From assembly GCA_964470695.1 (NCBI GenBank), contig CAYYDR010000001.1, positions 465,997 through 529,996 of the forward strand: a stretch of DNA of 64,000 bases, given 5' to 3'. Of the stretch, positions 44,573 to 53,554 are shown piece after piece (the first letter of the stretch is position 1; each line of letters starts with the position of its first letter). Below the pieces are notes generated by a model that saw only the letters and a list, made by a program, of their open reading frames with translations, had not been told where the DNA came from and ran no database searches. This stretch comes from an uncultured Gammaproteobacteria bacterium (GTDB taxonomy: Bacteria; Patescibacteriota; Patescibacteriia; Patescibacteriales; UBA12465). The translations under genes were made by a program, and so were the position numbers.

Positions 44573-45844
44573 TTATTGAATCTTGAAAGAAATACTGTAA
44601 GTTAGTTTTGAGCTTTCACCGTCTACCTTAATATCAACAGCTTTAGCTGCCTTTTCAGGCACTACTAAGCTTTGATTAAAGCGGCCGCGAGAATCAGTTT
44701 TAGTCTTGGTTTTAGTGCCGGTGAAATCAATCGTCAAGTCTTCGTTAGGGAAGTAGCCGCCGCCATTTAAAATTATGGTGGCATTAGGCGCTCCAGTAGT
44801 GTGGTCTAATCTTAAGAAAAGATTTTCAGTACTAGTTTCTTCCGCCTCTTCAGTCGCTTCAAAAGAAGCTACTTTATTTAAAGTATCATTTAATACTAAA
44901 ATATTGGAATTATTAAAGATAACCACCTTATCACCATTATTAGACACGACTTTTAAGCCCATCGCCCAGCCACGCGCGCCGCCCAGGCTAGTAGACCAAC
45001 GATAATCAGTATCGCGCATGGTTTGTTTGTCTAATTTAACAACGCCAGCGCCGTTAGAAAAATAGATATAATTATTATCTCCAGAAGCGGCCATATCATA
45101 GCCGTCATAGTCAAGGTGCTTAAAGCTGCCTAACAGTCTTCCGTCTAAACTAAACTTCTTGGCATAATAGTCATCAATAACAAAGAGGTCGCCATTTTCA
45201 TCTTGATAAGCCTGACGATTGCCAACTTTATTTTTATAATTAAGCGCGATGTTAGCTACTTTGGTATTAGTGTTTCTATCAAAAACATTTAAATAGCCGT
45301 CTTGGACATTTAAAATATACTGATCGTTATAAGCACGAATATTATAAGGAGTATCGTAGTTAGCGATGTCATAAGAAACAATTACCTGTAAATCAGCGTT
45401 CCAGACTTTAACGCTCTTTTGGCTGATAGTAACAATGTTATCGCCGAATTTATCTACTCGGTTATACCATTCCCAATAAGTATTTTTATTGCTTGATATT
45501 AGAGACAACTGATTGTCGCCAGTTAACTCATACTTATATAAAGTATAGTCGCCAATCGCGTAAATAATTAGGCGTCCGTTTTCTACCGATAATTTTGAAT
45601 CATAAAAATTACCGTTTTTATTAAAACGAGCGTCAAAGGGGCGGACCTTTACCAGCCTCTTTAATTCAGTTCCTTCTAACTTAAATACCTCTAAACTATC
45701 AGAGTTGGTAGAGCTGATATATAAGTTATTATTAAAACTAACGGCATCGCCTGAATAGTAAGATTTTAACTTACTTTGGCCGTTATTTGTAACAAATAAA
45801 ACAGCGATTAGGCAGATGGCAAATAATAAAGCAAACCTTTTCAT
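44573..45844 (-). CDS. secreted beta-propeller-like protein with C-terminal Ig-like domain
   Basis: Signal peptide; repeated beta-strand-rich segments of about 45 aa; no catalytic motif recognised. Confidence 0.55.
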   Translation of the reverse strand: MKRFALLFAICLIAVLFVTNNGQSKLKSYYSGDAVSFNNNLYISSTNSDSLEVFKLEGTELKRLVKVRPFDARFNKNGNFYDSKLSVENGRLIIYAIGDYTLYKYELTGDNQLSLISSNKNTYWEWYNRVDKFGDNIVTISQKSVKVWNADLQVIVSYDIANYDTPYNIRAYNDQYILNVQDGYLNVFDRNTNTKVANIALNYKNKVGNRQAYQDENGDLFVIDDYYAKKFSLDGRLLGSFKHLDYDGYDMAASGDNNYIYFSNGAGVVKLDKQTMRDTDYRWSTSLGGARGWAMGLKVVSNNGDKVVIFNNSNILVLNDTLNKVASFEATEEAEETSTENLFLRLDHTTGAPNATIILNGGGYFPNEDLTIDFTGTKTKTKTDSRGRFNQSLVVPEKAAKAVDIKVDGESSKLTYSISFKIQ

Positions 45845-45977
45845 ATAAATTTAACTAATATTAGATAAATTATTTTAAAATTAATTGTGTTCCATAAATC
45901 TTAACTGATTTAATTAAAATTGTCAAGAGTAAATAGCCTTAAAAAATAAGGCCCTATTTATATATTAGCTTTATCTA

Positions 45978-46006
45978 TTGACAAATAAAATTATTTGTAG
46001 TACAAT
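45978..46006 (+). promoter_or_regulatory. promoter (TTGACA-17-TACAAT) of the Wzz-like gene
   Basis: TTGACA at 45978-45983 and TACAAT at 46001-46006. Confidence 0.55.
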
Positions 46007-46041
46007 ATAATATTAATTAAATTATTAAAAATGACCAAAAT

Positions 46042-46815
46042 ATGGAGTTTAAGGAATTCATCCAAGTATTAAAAAGAAAGAAGGCGACTGTATTTACTAT
46101 AATCTTAATTTTGATTATATTAGTCGGGGGAATATCATTAATTAGTCCTCTTAAATATGGAGCAAAGTCGCGTCTTTTAGTTATCCAAAATACTACCGGC
46201 AATGATCCATATACTATTTCTAAATCTAACGAATATCTAGGAAATCTTTTTGCCCAGGTGGCTTATTCTGGTTCTTTTTATAATTTAGTTTTAGATTCTA
46301 AATATGATATAGATAAGAATTATTTTTCTGGTAGCTATAATGAGCAGATTAAATCTTGGGGACAGACTATCCAGACTAAGACTTTAAGCGATACCGGCAT
46401 TATTGAAATTAATGTTTACCACCCTAATCCTTATCAGGCCCAGCAGATTGCTTTAGCCGTTAACGATGTTTTAATTAGTAAGAATTCTAATTATCAAGGT
46501 AATGGCGAGGGAATAAAAGTTAATATTATTGATCAGCCCCTAGTCTCAACTTATCCGGTTAAACCTAACTTACTGCAGAATGGAATTTTAGCCCTAGTGT
46601 TTGGCATTATGTTTTCTCTATTTTATATCTACCTTTTTCCAGAGGAATCATATGATTTGAAGTTATGGCCGTCTAGAAAATCTAAACAAGTTAGAAATAT
46701 TGGGCACGCTGTTAAATTAGATTATTATCCGGTAGATAACCAGCCCATAGACGTTCCAATTAGTGAACAGGAAGAATTCAGACCACAGGGGAATATTCAG
46801 AATATCCTTAAATAA
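46042..46815 (+). CDS. Wzz/chain-length-determinant-like protein
   Basis: N-terminal FKEFIQVLKRKK plus TM segment, a second TM near residue 190, and a periplasmic-type middle domain. Confidence 0.6.
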   Translation: MEFKEFIQVLKRKKATVFTIILILIILVGGISLISPLKYGAKSRLLVIQNTTGNDPYTISKSNEYLGNLFAQVAYSGSFYNLVLDSKYDIDKNYFSGSYNEQIKSWGQTIQTKTLSDTGIIEINVYHPNPYQAQQIALAVNDVLISKNSNYQGNGEGIKVNIIDQPLVSTYPVKPNLLQNGILALVFGIMFSLFYIYLFPEESYDLKLWPSRKSKQVRNIGHAVKLDYYPVDNQPIDVPISEQEEFRPQGNIQNILK

Positions 46816-46880
46816 GTAATTAGTTTAATTAAAATAAATTAAAGTAACTTAACAAACAGCCCCCAAGGAGGTGGCTCATA

Positions 46881-47747
46881 ATGAGAAAGATAACAACCAT
46901 GATGATGTTGCTGCTGTTTTTGGCAGTCATCCCTCTCCTGGGGCAGGGCGAAGGTCGCGCTTTTCAGGAGAAGATAAATCTCTCCATTTTTGGCGGTATT
47001 TGGTCTAAACAGACCAATACCAATAATAATGGGTGGAATATCGGCGCGTACGCAGATTATTTACCTTATAAATCTAGCAATGGTCGCTGGACAGGTGGAA
47101 TTTATTCTGTCTATAACCATTCAAATTTTAAGGACAATCTATCCAAATATGATGCCAAAATTGAAGAATATGGTTTAGGATTAACCGGGGGTTATTACTA
47201 TGAAGGATTTTCCACCCGGAAATTCTTATTCCTAGGTTTCAGTCTCGGCTGGAAGCACGCCCAAGATAAGGGCTCTAGCCAGAACAGATGGGGTAAGTAT
47301 GAAGCCACTGATGAGGTGGAATTGATAACAAGTAATATCAACTTCAATCTTATTAGTAGGTTTGATGTTTTGCTCCCTAGGACTCAAATCCTAATTTCTC
47401 TGCAGGCCCCGTTGTCTTCTAATAAGAAGGCCTATTGGGAGGGCAAAGAAATAACCAGCGAAAGTTGGGATAGGACGTATGGGGAAGTTTTGCTTAAGCA
47501 AAGCATAATTAATTTAGGACTTAATACTAATTTATATCTTAGTCCAAAGTTAATTGCTGCCTTTGCATACAGTAAGGGCGACAATAGTCGTTCTTATAGT
47601 ATCGGCGTTGACCTTTCATTGCACAAGCAGTATAAGGATGACTTTTTGTCCGTATATTGTTTGTATAAGATAGGAAAAGATGTTGATGCCAACAGTATTT
47701 TCTTTGGGCTGAATTTTAGCCCGATGTCGTTGATTTTCGGTAATTAA
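46881..47747 (+). CDS. secreted protein with outer-membrane-beta-barrel-like sequence pattern
   Basis: Strong SD (AAGGAGGTG) and signal peptide. There are 10 or more amphipathic alternating strands (YGLGLTGGYYYEGF, FLFLGFSLGWKH, SYSIGVDLSLHK, SIFFGLNFSP). Confidence 0.5.
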   Translation: MRKITTMMMLLLFLAVIPLLGQGEGRAFQEKINLSIFGGIWSKQTNTNNNGWNIGAYADYLPYKSSNGRWTGGIYSVYNHSNFKDNLSKYDAKIEEYGLGLTGGYYYEGFSTRKFLFLGFSLGWKHAQDKGSSQNRWGKYEATDEVELITSNINFNLISRFDVLLPRTQILISLQAPLSSNKKAYWEGKEITSESWDRTYGEVLLKQSIINLGLNTNLYLSPKLIAAFAYSKGDNSRSYSIGVDLSLHKQYKDDFLSVYCLYKIGKDVDANSIFFGLNFSPMSLIFGN

Positions 47748-47802
47748 ACAAATAATAGTAGTATAAAACAAACCAAAAACTAATCGTAGGGAGTAACAAA
47801 TC

Positions 47803-48585
47803 ATGGAAAAGAACCAAAACGATCTGGAAAACCAGGAAATTTTAGACAAAAAGACACCAGTTCAGGAGTCCGAAAACAAGTCAAAAGCCTGGATGTACAT
47901 TCTGGGCGCGATTGCATTAATCCTTCTGTTTATTTTTATCTTCAAGCCTTTCGCAGGTAACAAAACAACAGAAGAAAATACAGCGGCTGAAGCTACTCAA
48001 ACATCTACTCAACAAGAAGTGGGTGAATTGAAAGACAAGCTCGCTCAGCTAGAAACACAGCTTAACAATGCGAATGACAAAGATGCAATCATCGCCAGCA
48101 AGGATGAAACCATAAAAGCTCTCGCTAAACGTTGTGTAACCGTTACAGTAAAAACACAGGAGCCGGTTAAGCCAAAAGAAAACACGGAAGTTAATGTTAG
48201 AAGTGTTATGCCAGTTAACCAGGTTGACTTATCAGCTTCGGTATCAAGAGTTATTAATAATACTGCAGTGGTTGATAAGAAAGAAGAATACAAAAAATTC
48301 TGCGTTAGAGTCGGCGGCGAATTTTGGCCACATTTAGCGATAAATGACGGCGAAACATTTACAGACGCAGTGGACAATGGTCTTGGAGGATTTGATATAA
48401 TCCTTAAAGATAGATGTCAGTCTATATCCGGTGACTATGGCTTAACATATGATAATGTTTTATTTGTCAAAGCCTCTAAGTTGAAAAAGTTCGGGGATAG
48501 TCCTGACGCAATAGGTCCAATCACATTTGGATCATTCAAAAGAATGACTTTACAAGGAGACTACTACATCTACAAACAAAAGTAG
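47803..48585 (+). CDS. hypothetical membrane-anchored protein with coiled-coil segment
   Basis: SD GGGAG; one TM segment (WMYILGAIALILLFIFIF); ELKDKLAQLETQLNNAN coiled coil. Confidence 0.5.
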   Translation: MEKNQNDLENQEILDKKTPVQESENKSKAWMYILGAIALILLFIFIFKPFAGNKTTEENTAAEATQTSTQQEVGELKDKLAQLETQLNNANDKDAIIASKDETIKALAKRCVTVTVKTQEPVKPKENTEVNVRSVMPVNQVDLSASVSRVINNTAVVDKKEEYKKFCVRVGGEFWPHLAINDGETFTDAVDNGLGGFDIILKDRCQSISGDYGLTYDNVLFVKASKLKKFGDSPDAIGPITFGSFKRMTLQGDYYIYKQK

Positions 48586-48628
48586 AGTTCTCCAATAGAT
48601 TCATAAAGCTTTCTAAATTTTGGAAGCG

Positions 48629-48664
48629 AAACCCTCAAATGCATTTGCAAATGAGGGTTTTTTA
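48629..48664 (+). terminator. intrinsic terminator after 47803..48585
   Basis: AAACCCTCA-loop-TGAGGGTTTTTTAT. Confidence 0.75.
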
Positions 48665-48732
48665 TTTGTCTTATTCAAGCGCAAAACCCCACTTAAATTA
48701 CTTATAGATAATAAAAAGATGTTGATAAAATG

Positions 48733-48766
48733 AAAAAGCCGCGAACTTAAAGTTGCGGCCTTTTTT
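48733..48766. terminator. terminator serving minus-strand gene 48792..49958
   Basis: AAAAAGCCGC(G)AACT-TAA-AGTTGCGGCCTTTTTT, with one bulge. Confidence 0.6.
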
Positions 48767-48791
48767 GTTATCAAATATATTTCTAATCTTC

Positions 48792-49958
48792 TTAATTTGT
48801 TTTTTTCCCCAAAACAGGGACTACTTTAACTTTGAGATATTGGAACGCGTTATCCCAGTAACTGCTTGCTGACATATTAGGGGAATAGGTGGTGGGGCTA
48901 GAGATATTGGGTCCAAATTGAAATACTAATAGATCGGAAATTGGGAATTGGGTAAAATTTATTTTTATTTTTCCCCAATTTGGAAAACCATTAACTGCGG
49001 TTTCTGCCAGTGGTTCCCGCCAAGTGCCGTTAGCATTTTGTAATCTTACAAATCCGCTAGTGAAAGCACTAGCGTGTCTAGTGTAAACTGTTACGCTAGA
49101 GCTATCTACGTCTATTCTTACAACCGCGTTTACTCCTTCATCACCCATACTTCCTGGCGCATTTGCCGTAGTAATACCAGTGACATTGCCAGAGGAGGTA
49201 AGAGTGAATTTATTATCTTTGTAATTTCCCCAAAAGGAACCCCAAATTAAATTCCCATTAGAGGAGGCTATCTTTCCGACTGGTAATTGATAATCACCAG
49301 GCGATAGAGTTACTCTTATAACTACAAATTTGCCAATATCCCCGGCATTGGCTGGCACAACCGCACCATTAACATAATTACTGTTTGTATCTGCTGGGGC
49401 AATTGTTTTAACTGTCCAAGTTGGGCTAGTTACACTGCCGGAATATCCATAGGCACTGCCGTTAATTCCCAGTAAACCCTTTTTATGAGCAATAAATACT
49501 AGATTATAGAGATTACTAGCGCCGGTTGACGTGCAAGAAGCAAGAGCAAAGCCAGGTAGACCATCAAGGGAATTTACTATTTTTACAAATACGGACGTAG
49601 AGTGAGATTGGCCTTTATCGTCAATTCCCACTAGAGTTACTAGGGTTATTGCGCCGGGATCTAGGCTGTGCCAAAATTCTACTGAGGCATTGGATGATTT
49701 GAAGTTATTTTCTTGAAATGTCCATTGCCAGGTTACGATATTTATCCCATTTTTGGCAATAGCGTTGTAGTTAGTCCTCAAATACTTTTCCGTTTGAACA
49801 GTATCTGAACCACTACTTGTTTTATACAGGGTGCTAACCTGTATCTGAATTTTTCCGTCAGTGACAGGGGTGTCATCCGGTTCTACCAAGATTTTTTCTT
49901 GGCAACCGAAGAATATTATTACAGAAAATAGGATGAAAAACATTTTTAATGTTTTCAT
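48792..49958 (-). CDS. lipoprotein with PKD-like domain
   Basis: SD AAGGAG; lipobox IIFFGC; WQWTF...GAITLVTLVGIDDKGQSHSTSVFVKIV resembles a PKD domain. Confidence 0.55.
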   Translation of the reverse strand: MKTLKMFFILFSVIIFFGCQEKILVEPDDTPVTDGKIQIQVSTLYKTSSGSDTVQTEKYLRTNYNAIAKNGINIVTWQWTFQENNFKSSNASVEFWHSLDPGAITLVTLVGIDDKGQSHSTSVFVKIVNSLDGLPGFALASCTSTGASNLYNLVFIAHKKGLLGINGSAYGYSGSVTSPTWTVKTIAPADTNSNYVNGAVVPANAGDIGKFVVIRVTLSPGDYQLPVGKIASSNGNLIWGSFWGNYKDNKFTLTSSGNVTGITTANAPGSMGDEGVNAVVRIDVDSSSVTVYTRHASAFTSGFVRLQNANGTWREPLAETAVNGFPNWGKIKINFTQFPISDLLVFQFGPNISSPTTYSPNMSASSYWDNAFQYLKVKVVPVLGKKTN

Positions 49959-50047
49959 GATTTTTTTACTCCTTGGTTTGGTTTATATGAAATATATTGA
50001 CTATATTTGTTTTAAAAAGGACTCTAAAAACTAGCGTTGGTACGCTT

Positions 50048-51151
50048 TTATTTCAATTTTAACAATTGATTTTGGTATACTTCTAAAACTTTCTTGGCAA
50101 CAATGGGCCAGGTAAATTCTTGAGCCACTCTTTCATAGGCTAGCTCAGCCTTGCTAGCGACTAAGCTGTCATTAGTTAGAAGTTCCTCTAACTTTACTTT
50201 TAGATCGGATATGTCTTGGCTTTTAAAAGAAAAGCCGGTATTTCTAATAGCCTCTAAATTGGCGCAGATGTCACTAACTAAGCAAGCTTTTTTATGAGCC
50301 ATTGCCTCAAGCAGGGAAATTGACAAGCCTTCCATTTCTGATGGTTGAACAAACAGGTAAGTATTAGCATATAACTGATCTAAAACTTGGCCACTTTGGT
50401 TGCCAGTAAATATAATTCTATCGTCGCCAGCCGCTAGCTTTTCTAGTTCAGCTAAATATTCACCAGAACCAGTTACAACTAATTTCTTGTCAGTTTTTAA
50501 TTGTTTGAAGGCGGGAATTAGGTATTGTAACCCCTTAAGTTTAATAATTCTAGAAACACTTAAAATATAATTATTAGGGCTTAAACCCCAGGCTCTTATC
50601 TTGTCATCGCCCTCTTTATTGTATAGATTTGCCCCATTAGGGATTAAAATTGGTCGTCTTTGATATTTATTTTGTATATAATCTTGCATGGCTCCAGTCA
50701 GAACTATAACTTCGTCAGCATAGCGGCACATTAGCCTTTCTCCTAACTGCAGCATCAATTTTGCAAAACCACTCCATTTTTGGTTATAGTAATCAAAGCT
50801 ATGCAGGGTGGCAACTATTTTTAAATTAGGGTTAAGCAACTTTGGTAACCAGCAGAGCAGGGACGGACCTATGCCCTGGAAATGGACTATGTCTACTTTT
50901 CTATTGGTAACATCAAGGCTTGATAATAGTGTATGAGTTATGTTGGCTAAGTTTTTATTATTAATAAAAGGTTTATTAATAATTTTAATATTTTTGAATT
51001 CTTCTAGTTTTTCTGGCAAGTAATTATTACGGTTATATACTAAAACTTCCTGGCCAGAAGAGACCAGGTTTATTGCTAAACTTTCCACATATCTTTCTAC
51101 GCCGCCGTTCTGGGCGGGTATTCCTTTTTGTCCAATAAAGGCAATTTTCAT
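50048..51151 (-). CDS. GT4-family glycosyltransferase
   Basis: KGIPAQNGGVERYVE and PSEMEGLSISLLEAMAH (EX7E). Confidence 0.9.
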   Translation of the reverse strand: MKIAFIGQKGIPAQNGGVERYVESLAINLVSSGQEVLVYNRNNYLPEKLEEFKNIKIINKPFINNKNLANITHTLLSSLDVTNRKVDIVHFQGIGPSLLCWLPKLLNPNLKIVATLHSFDYYNQKWSGFAKLMLQLGERLMCRYADEVIVLTGAMQDYIQNKYQRRPILIPNGANLYNKEGDDKIRAWGLSPNNYILSVSRIIKLKGLQYLIPAFKQLKTDKKLVVTGSGEYLAELEKLAAGDDRIIFTGNQSGQVLDQLYANTYLFVQPSEMEGLSISLLEAMAHKKACLVSDICANLEAIRNTGFSFKSQDISDLKVKLEELLTNDSLVASKAELAYERVAQEFTWPIVAKKVLEVYQNQLLKLK

Positions 51152-51170
51152 AGCATTATTATAACCCTAA

Positions 51171-51199
51171 ATTATAGTATATTATATATATTTTGTCAA
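51171..51199 (-). promoter_or_regulatory. consensus promoter (TTGACA-17-TATAAT on minus strand) for GT4 gene 50048..51151
   Basis: The reverse complement reads TTGACA-AAATATATATAATATAC-TATAAT. Confidence 0.6.
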
Positions 51200-51256
51200 G
51201 GGGTTATTGATAATAACTATTTATCAAAAATTTAGTTTAATATTAGTAAAAAAATA

Positions 51257-51285
51257 TAAAAAATAGACCCATTGTTAGGGGTCTA
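51257..51285 (-). terminator. intrinsic terminator after corA
   Basis: TAGACCC-ATTGTTAG-GGGTCTA, with a T-run on the minus strand. Confidence 0.65.
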
Positions 51286-51316
51286 CTATTTAGGCTAGAT
51301 TTATAATTGATTAAAC

Positions 51317-52291
51317 TTATAACCACTTCTTTTTATTAAATAGGAGTAACATAGCCAGAGAACAGGATATCATTATTAGAATGATTACCCAAAAACCGTA
51401 AAATTCTTCTACAAAGGGCATAAATTTAGCATTCATACCGAAGATCCCGGCCACCAGATTCAAGGGTAGAACCAGGACGGAAAATATAGTTAACGTCTTC
51501 ATGATGTCCGTCATGTGGTTATTAAGCATTGATTCATTGGTGTTATTTAAGACCTCAATCATCTCTTTTTGGTTATCTAGAGTTTCCCAAATGCGCTTAG
51601 AGTCTTCAACTAGATCATGATAGTATTTTTTGATAGCCAGCTTTTCTACTAGGCTGCTTTCCATCTCCATTAATTTCTGCAAGGTATTTTTATGATTTTG
51701 CATTATTTTTCTGATGTTGACTATGTTACGCCTTAGTTCCAAGACGCTCTTTACTGCCTCTTTCTGTTGACCAGCAAAAATCAAATCCTCAATGTCATTT
51801 ATTTTTAGGCTATTTTCATCCAATAAATGATAGCAGTCGTCAATTAAATGACTTAAAATTTCGTAAAGAAGGACGGCTGAGGACTCAATAGAATAGGAGA
51901 GTAGGGAGTCTGGGCTTTTCTTGCCTAAATTAAAAAAGCTGGGCAGAGCTTTTAGATTATTATTATGAACGGTTACTAAAAATCCATGTCCTATAAAAAA
52001 GTCTATTTCGCCGGCTATTATTTTTTCATCTTTGAAGACGGGAAAATGCAGAATTAAGCAAAGATAATTACTACCCTTTAGAACCATTGGTCTCTGAAAA
52101 GAAACCGCGGCCGAAGCGGCTCTAAGATGGTCTAGACTAAAATTATAATTTTTTCTTAAAAAATTTATCTCATTTTTACCGGCGTTAATAATATTAACCC
52201 ATTTGAGGGCGGGGGTAGTCTTAGGATTATCAATATTCAGCTCTTCAATGCGGTCGGTAATTTTTTTATAATTAGCCATAGATAAACACAT
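51317..52291 (-). CDS. corA: CorA-family magnesium/cobalt transporter
   Basis: GIFGMNAKFMP (GMN motif) and two C-terminal TM segments. An alternative start, MANYKK, is at 52279. Confidence 0.9.
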   Translation of the reverse strand: MCLSMANYKKITDRIEELNIDNPKTTPALKWVNIINAGKNEINFLRKNYNFSLDHLRAASAAVSFQRPMVLKGSNYLCLILHFPVFKDEKIIAGEIDFFIGHGFLVTVHNNNLKALPSFFNLGKKSPDSLLSYSIESSAVLLYEILSHLIDDCYHLLDENSLKINDIEDLIFAGQQKEAVKSVLELRRNIVNIRKIMQNHKNTLQKLMEMESSLVEKLAIKKYYHDLVEDSKRIWETLDNQKEMIEVLNNTNESMLNNHMTDIMKTLTIFSVLVLPLNLVAGIFGMNAKFMPFVEEFYGFWVIILIMISCSLAMLLLFNKKKWL

Positions 52292-52298
52292 CTTAATT

Positions 52299-52327
52299 TT
52301 GACGAAAGCCTAATTTTATAATAGAAT
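52299..52327 (+). promoter_or_regulatory. promoter (TTGACG-17-TAGAAT) for the GT26-Nudix/gltX genes
   Basis: TTGACG at 52299-52304 and TAGAAT at 52322-52327. Confidence 0.5.
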
Positions 52328-52349
52328 TAAGTTATTGATATTATAACAT

Positions 52350-53546
52350 ATGGCTAATGTTTTGGGAATAAATTTAAATGATTTACCAGCCGCCTCGGCC
52401 AAGAAAAAGGCGGCGGAATTTTTAAATAGCACCACTCAACATTATATAGTAACTCCTAATCCGGAAATTATTTTAAATTCTCATAAAGATGAGGAGTTAT
52501 TCTATATTCTCAATAAAGCTGATTTATCTATTGCTGATGGTTTTGGCTTAAAGTTAGCTGGCTGGCTGGCTGGGATTAATATTCCTAGGCTGGCGGGGGC
52601 TGATTTAACCCTACATCTTCTATCTTTAGCTCAAATAGAGCATAAACGAGTAGTAATTCTTAATTGGCGCGGCGGATTATCAAACAAAGTAGACATCCGT
52701 AGAGCCTTGAAGGAAAAATATCCAAGCCTGGATTGTTTGGTAATTGATTCTAGCCGCTCGCAACCCTTAAGTTCAAAAATTATTGATCAGATAAATAATT
52801 TTAAGCCCTTAATTTTATTTAATACCTTTGGCTCACCCTATCAGGAGAAAATTATTTATCACAATTTACGGAAAATGCCATCAGTGAGAGTAGCGCTCGG
52901 CGTTGGCGGGGCCTTTGATTTTATTACTAAAAAAGCTAAACGGGCCCCCTTGATTTTTAGGCAAGTTGGCTTAGAATGGCTTTGGCGCTTAATAAAACAG
53001 CCTAAGCGCTGGAAAAGGATTTACAATGCCACTTGGGTTTTCACCGGGAAATTATTACGTAATAGATGGAATCATTTTTTTTACCGGCCTTGCGTAGCTT
53101 GTTTTTTGTATAAAATTGAACAAGGCCAAAAAAAAATTTTAATAGTAGAGAGAGATGACGAGGCCGGACATTGGCAAATACCACAAGGAGGCACGGATGG
53201 AGAAAACCTGGAAACAGCTGGTGCCAGAGAGCTAAGGGGAGAGTTAAATACCAATAAGTTTACCACTAAGGCTACTTTTAAAAATACTTACAGCTATCTT
53301 TTCCCGCCGGTTAGTGATCAACGTTATTTAAGCCTCTCCCGCCGCTTTAGGTATGATTATAAGGGGCAGAGACAGGGTTTATACATTGCAGAGTTTATTG
53401 GTGAGAATAATGATATTAAAGTTAACTTCTGGGATCACCGGGCCTGGCGCTGGGTTGATGATAATAATTTCGTGGCCAGCGTTCATCCTGTCCGCCAAGA
53501 TAGTGCCAGAATATTTTTAGAAAAATTTCGGTCGCTTAAATTATAA
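52350..53546 (+). CDS. fusion protein: WecG/TagA/CpsF (GT26) glycosyltransferase plus C-terminal Nudix domain
   Basis: N-terminal 240 aa: TPNPEI, ADG, GVGGAFDF, EWLWRL. C-terminal region: PQGGTDGENLETAGARELRGELN, a Nudix box with RELRGE in place of REUxEE. Confidence 0.8.
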   Translation: MANVLGINLNDLPAASAKKKAAEFLNSTTQHYIVTPNPEIILNSHKDEELFYILNKADLSIADGFGLKLAGWLAGINIPRLAGADLTLHLLSLAQIEHKRVVILNWRGGLSNKVDIRRALKEKYPSLDCLVIDSSRSQPLSSKIIDQINNFKPLILFNTFGSPYQEKIIYHNLRKMPSVRVALGVGGAFDFITKKAKRAPLIFRQVGLEWLWRLIKQPKRWKRIYNATWVFTGKLLRNRWNHFFYRPCVACFLYKIEQGQKKILIVERDDEAGHWQIPQGGTDGENLETAGARELRGELNTNKFTTKATFKNTYSYLFPPVSDQRYLSLSRRFRYDYKGQRQGLYIAEFIGENNDIKVNFWDHRAWRWVDDNNFVASVHPVRQDSARIFLEKFRSLKL

Positions 53547-53554
53547 AATAAAAT

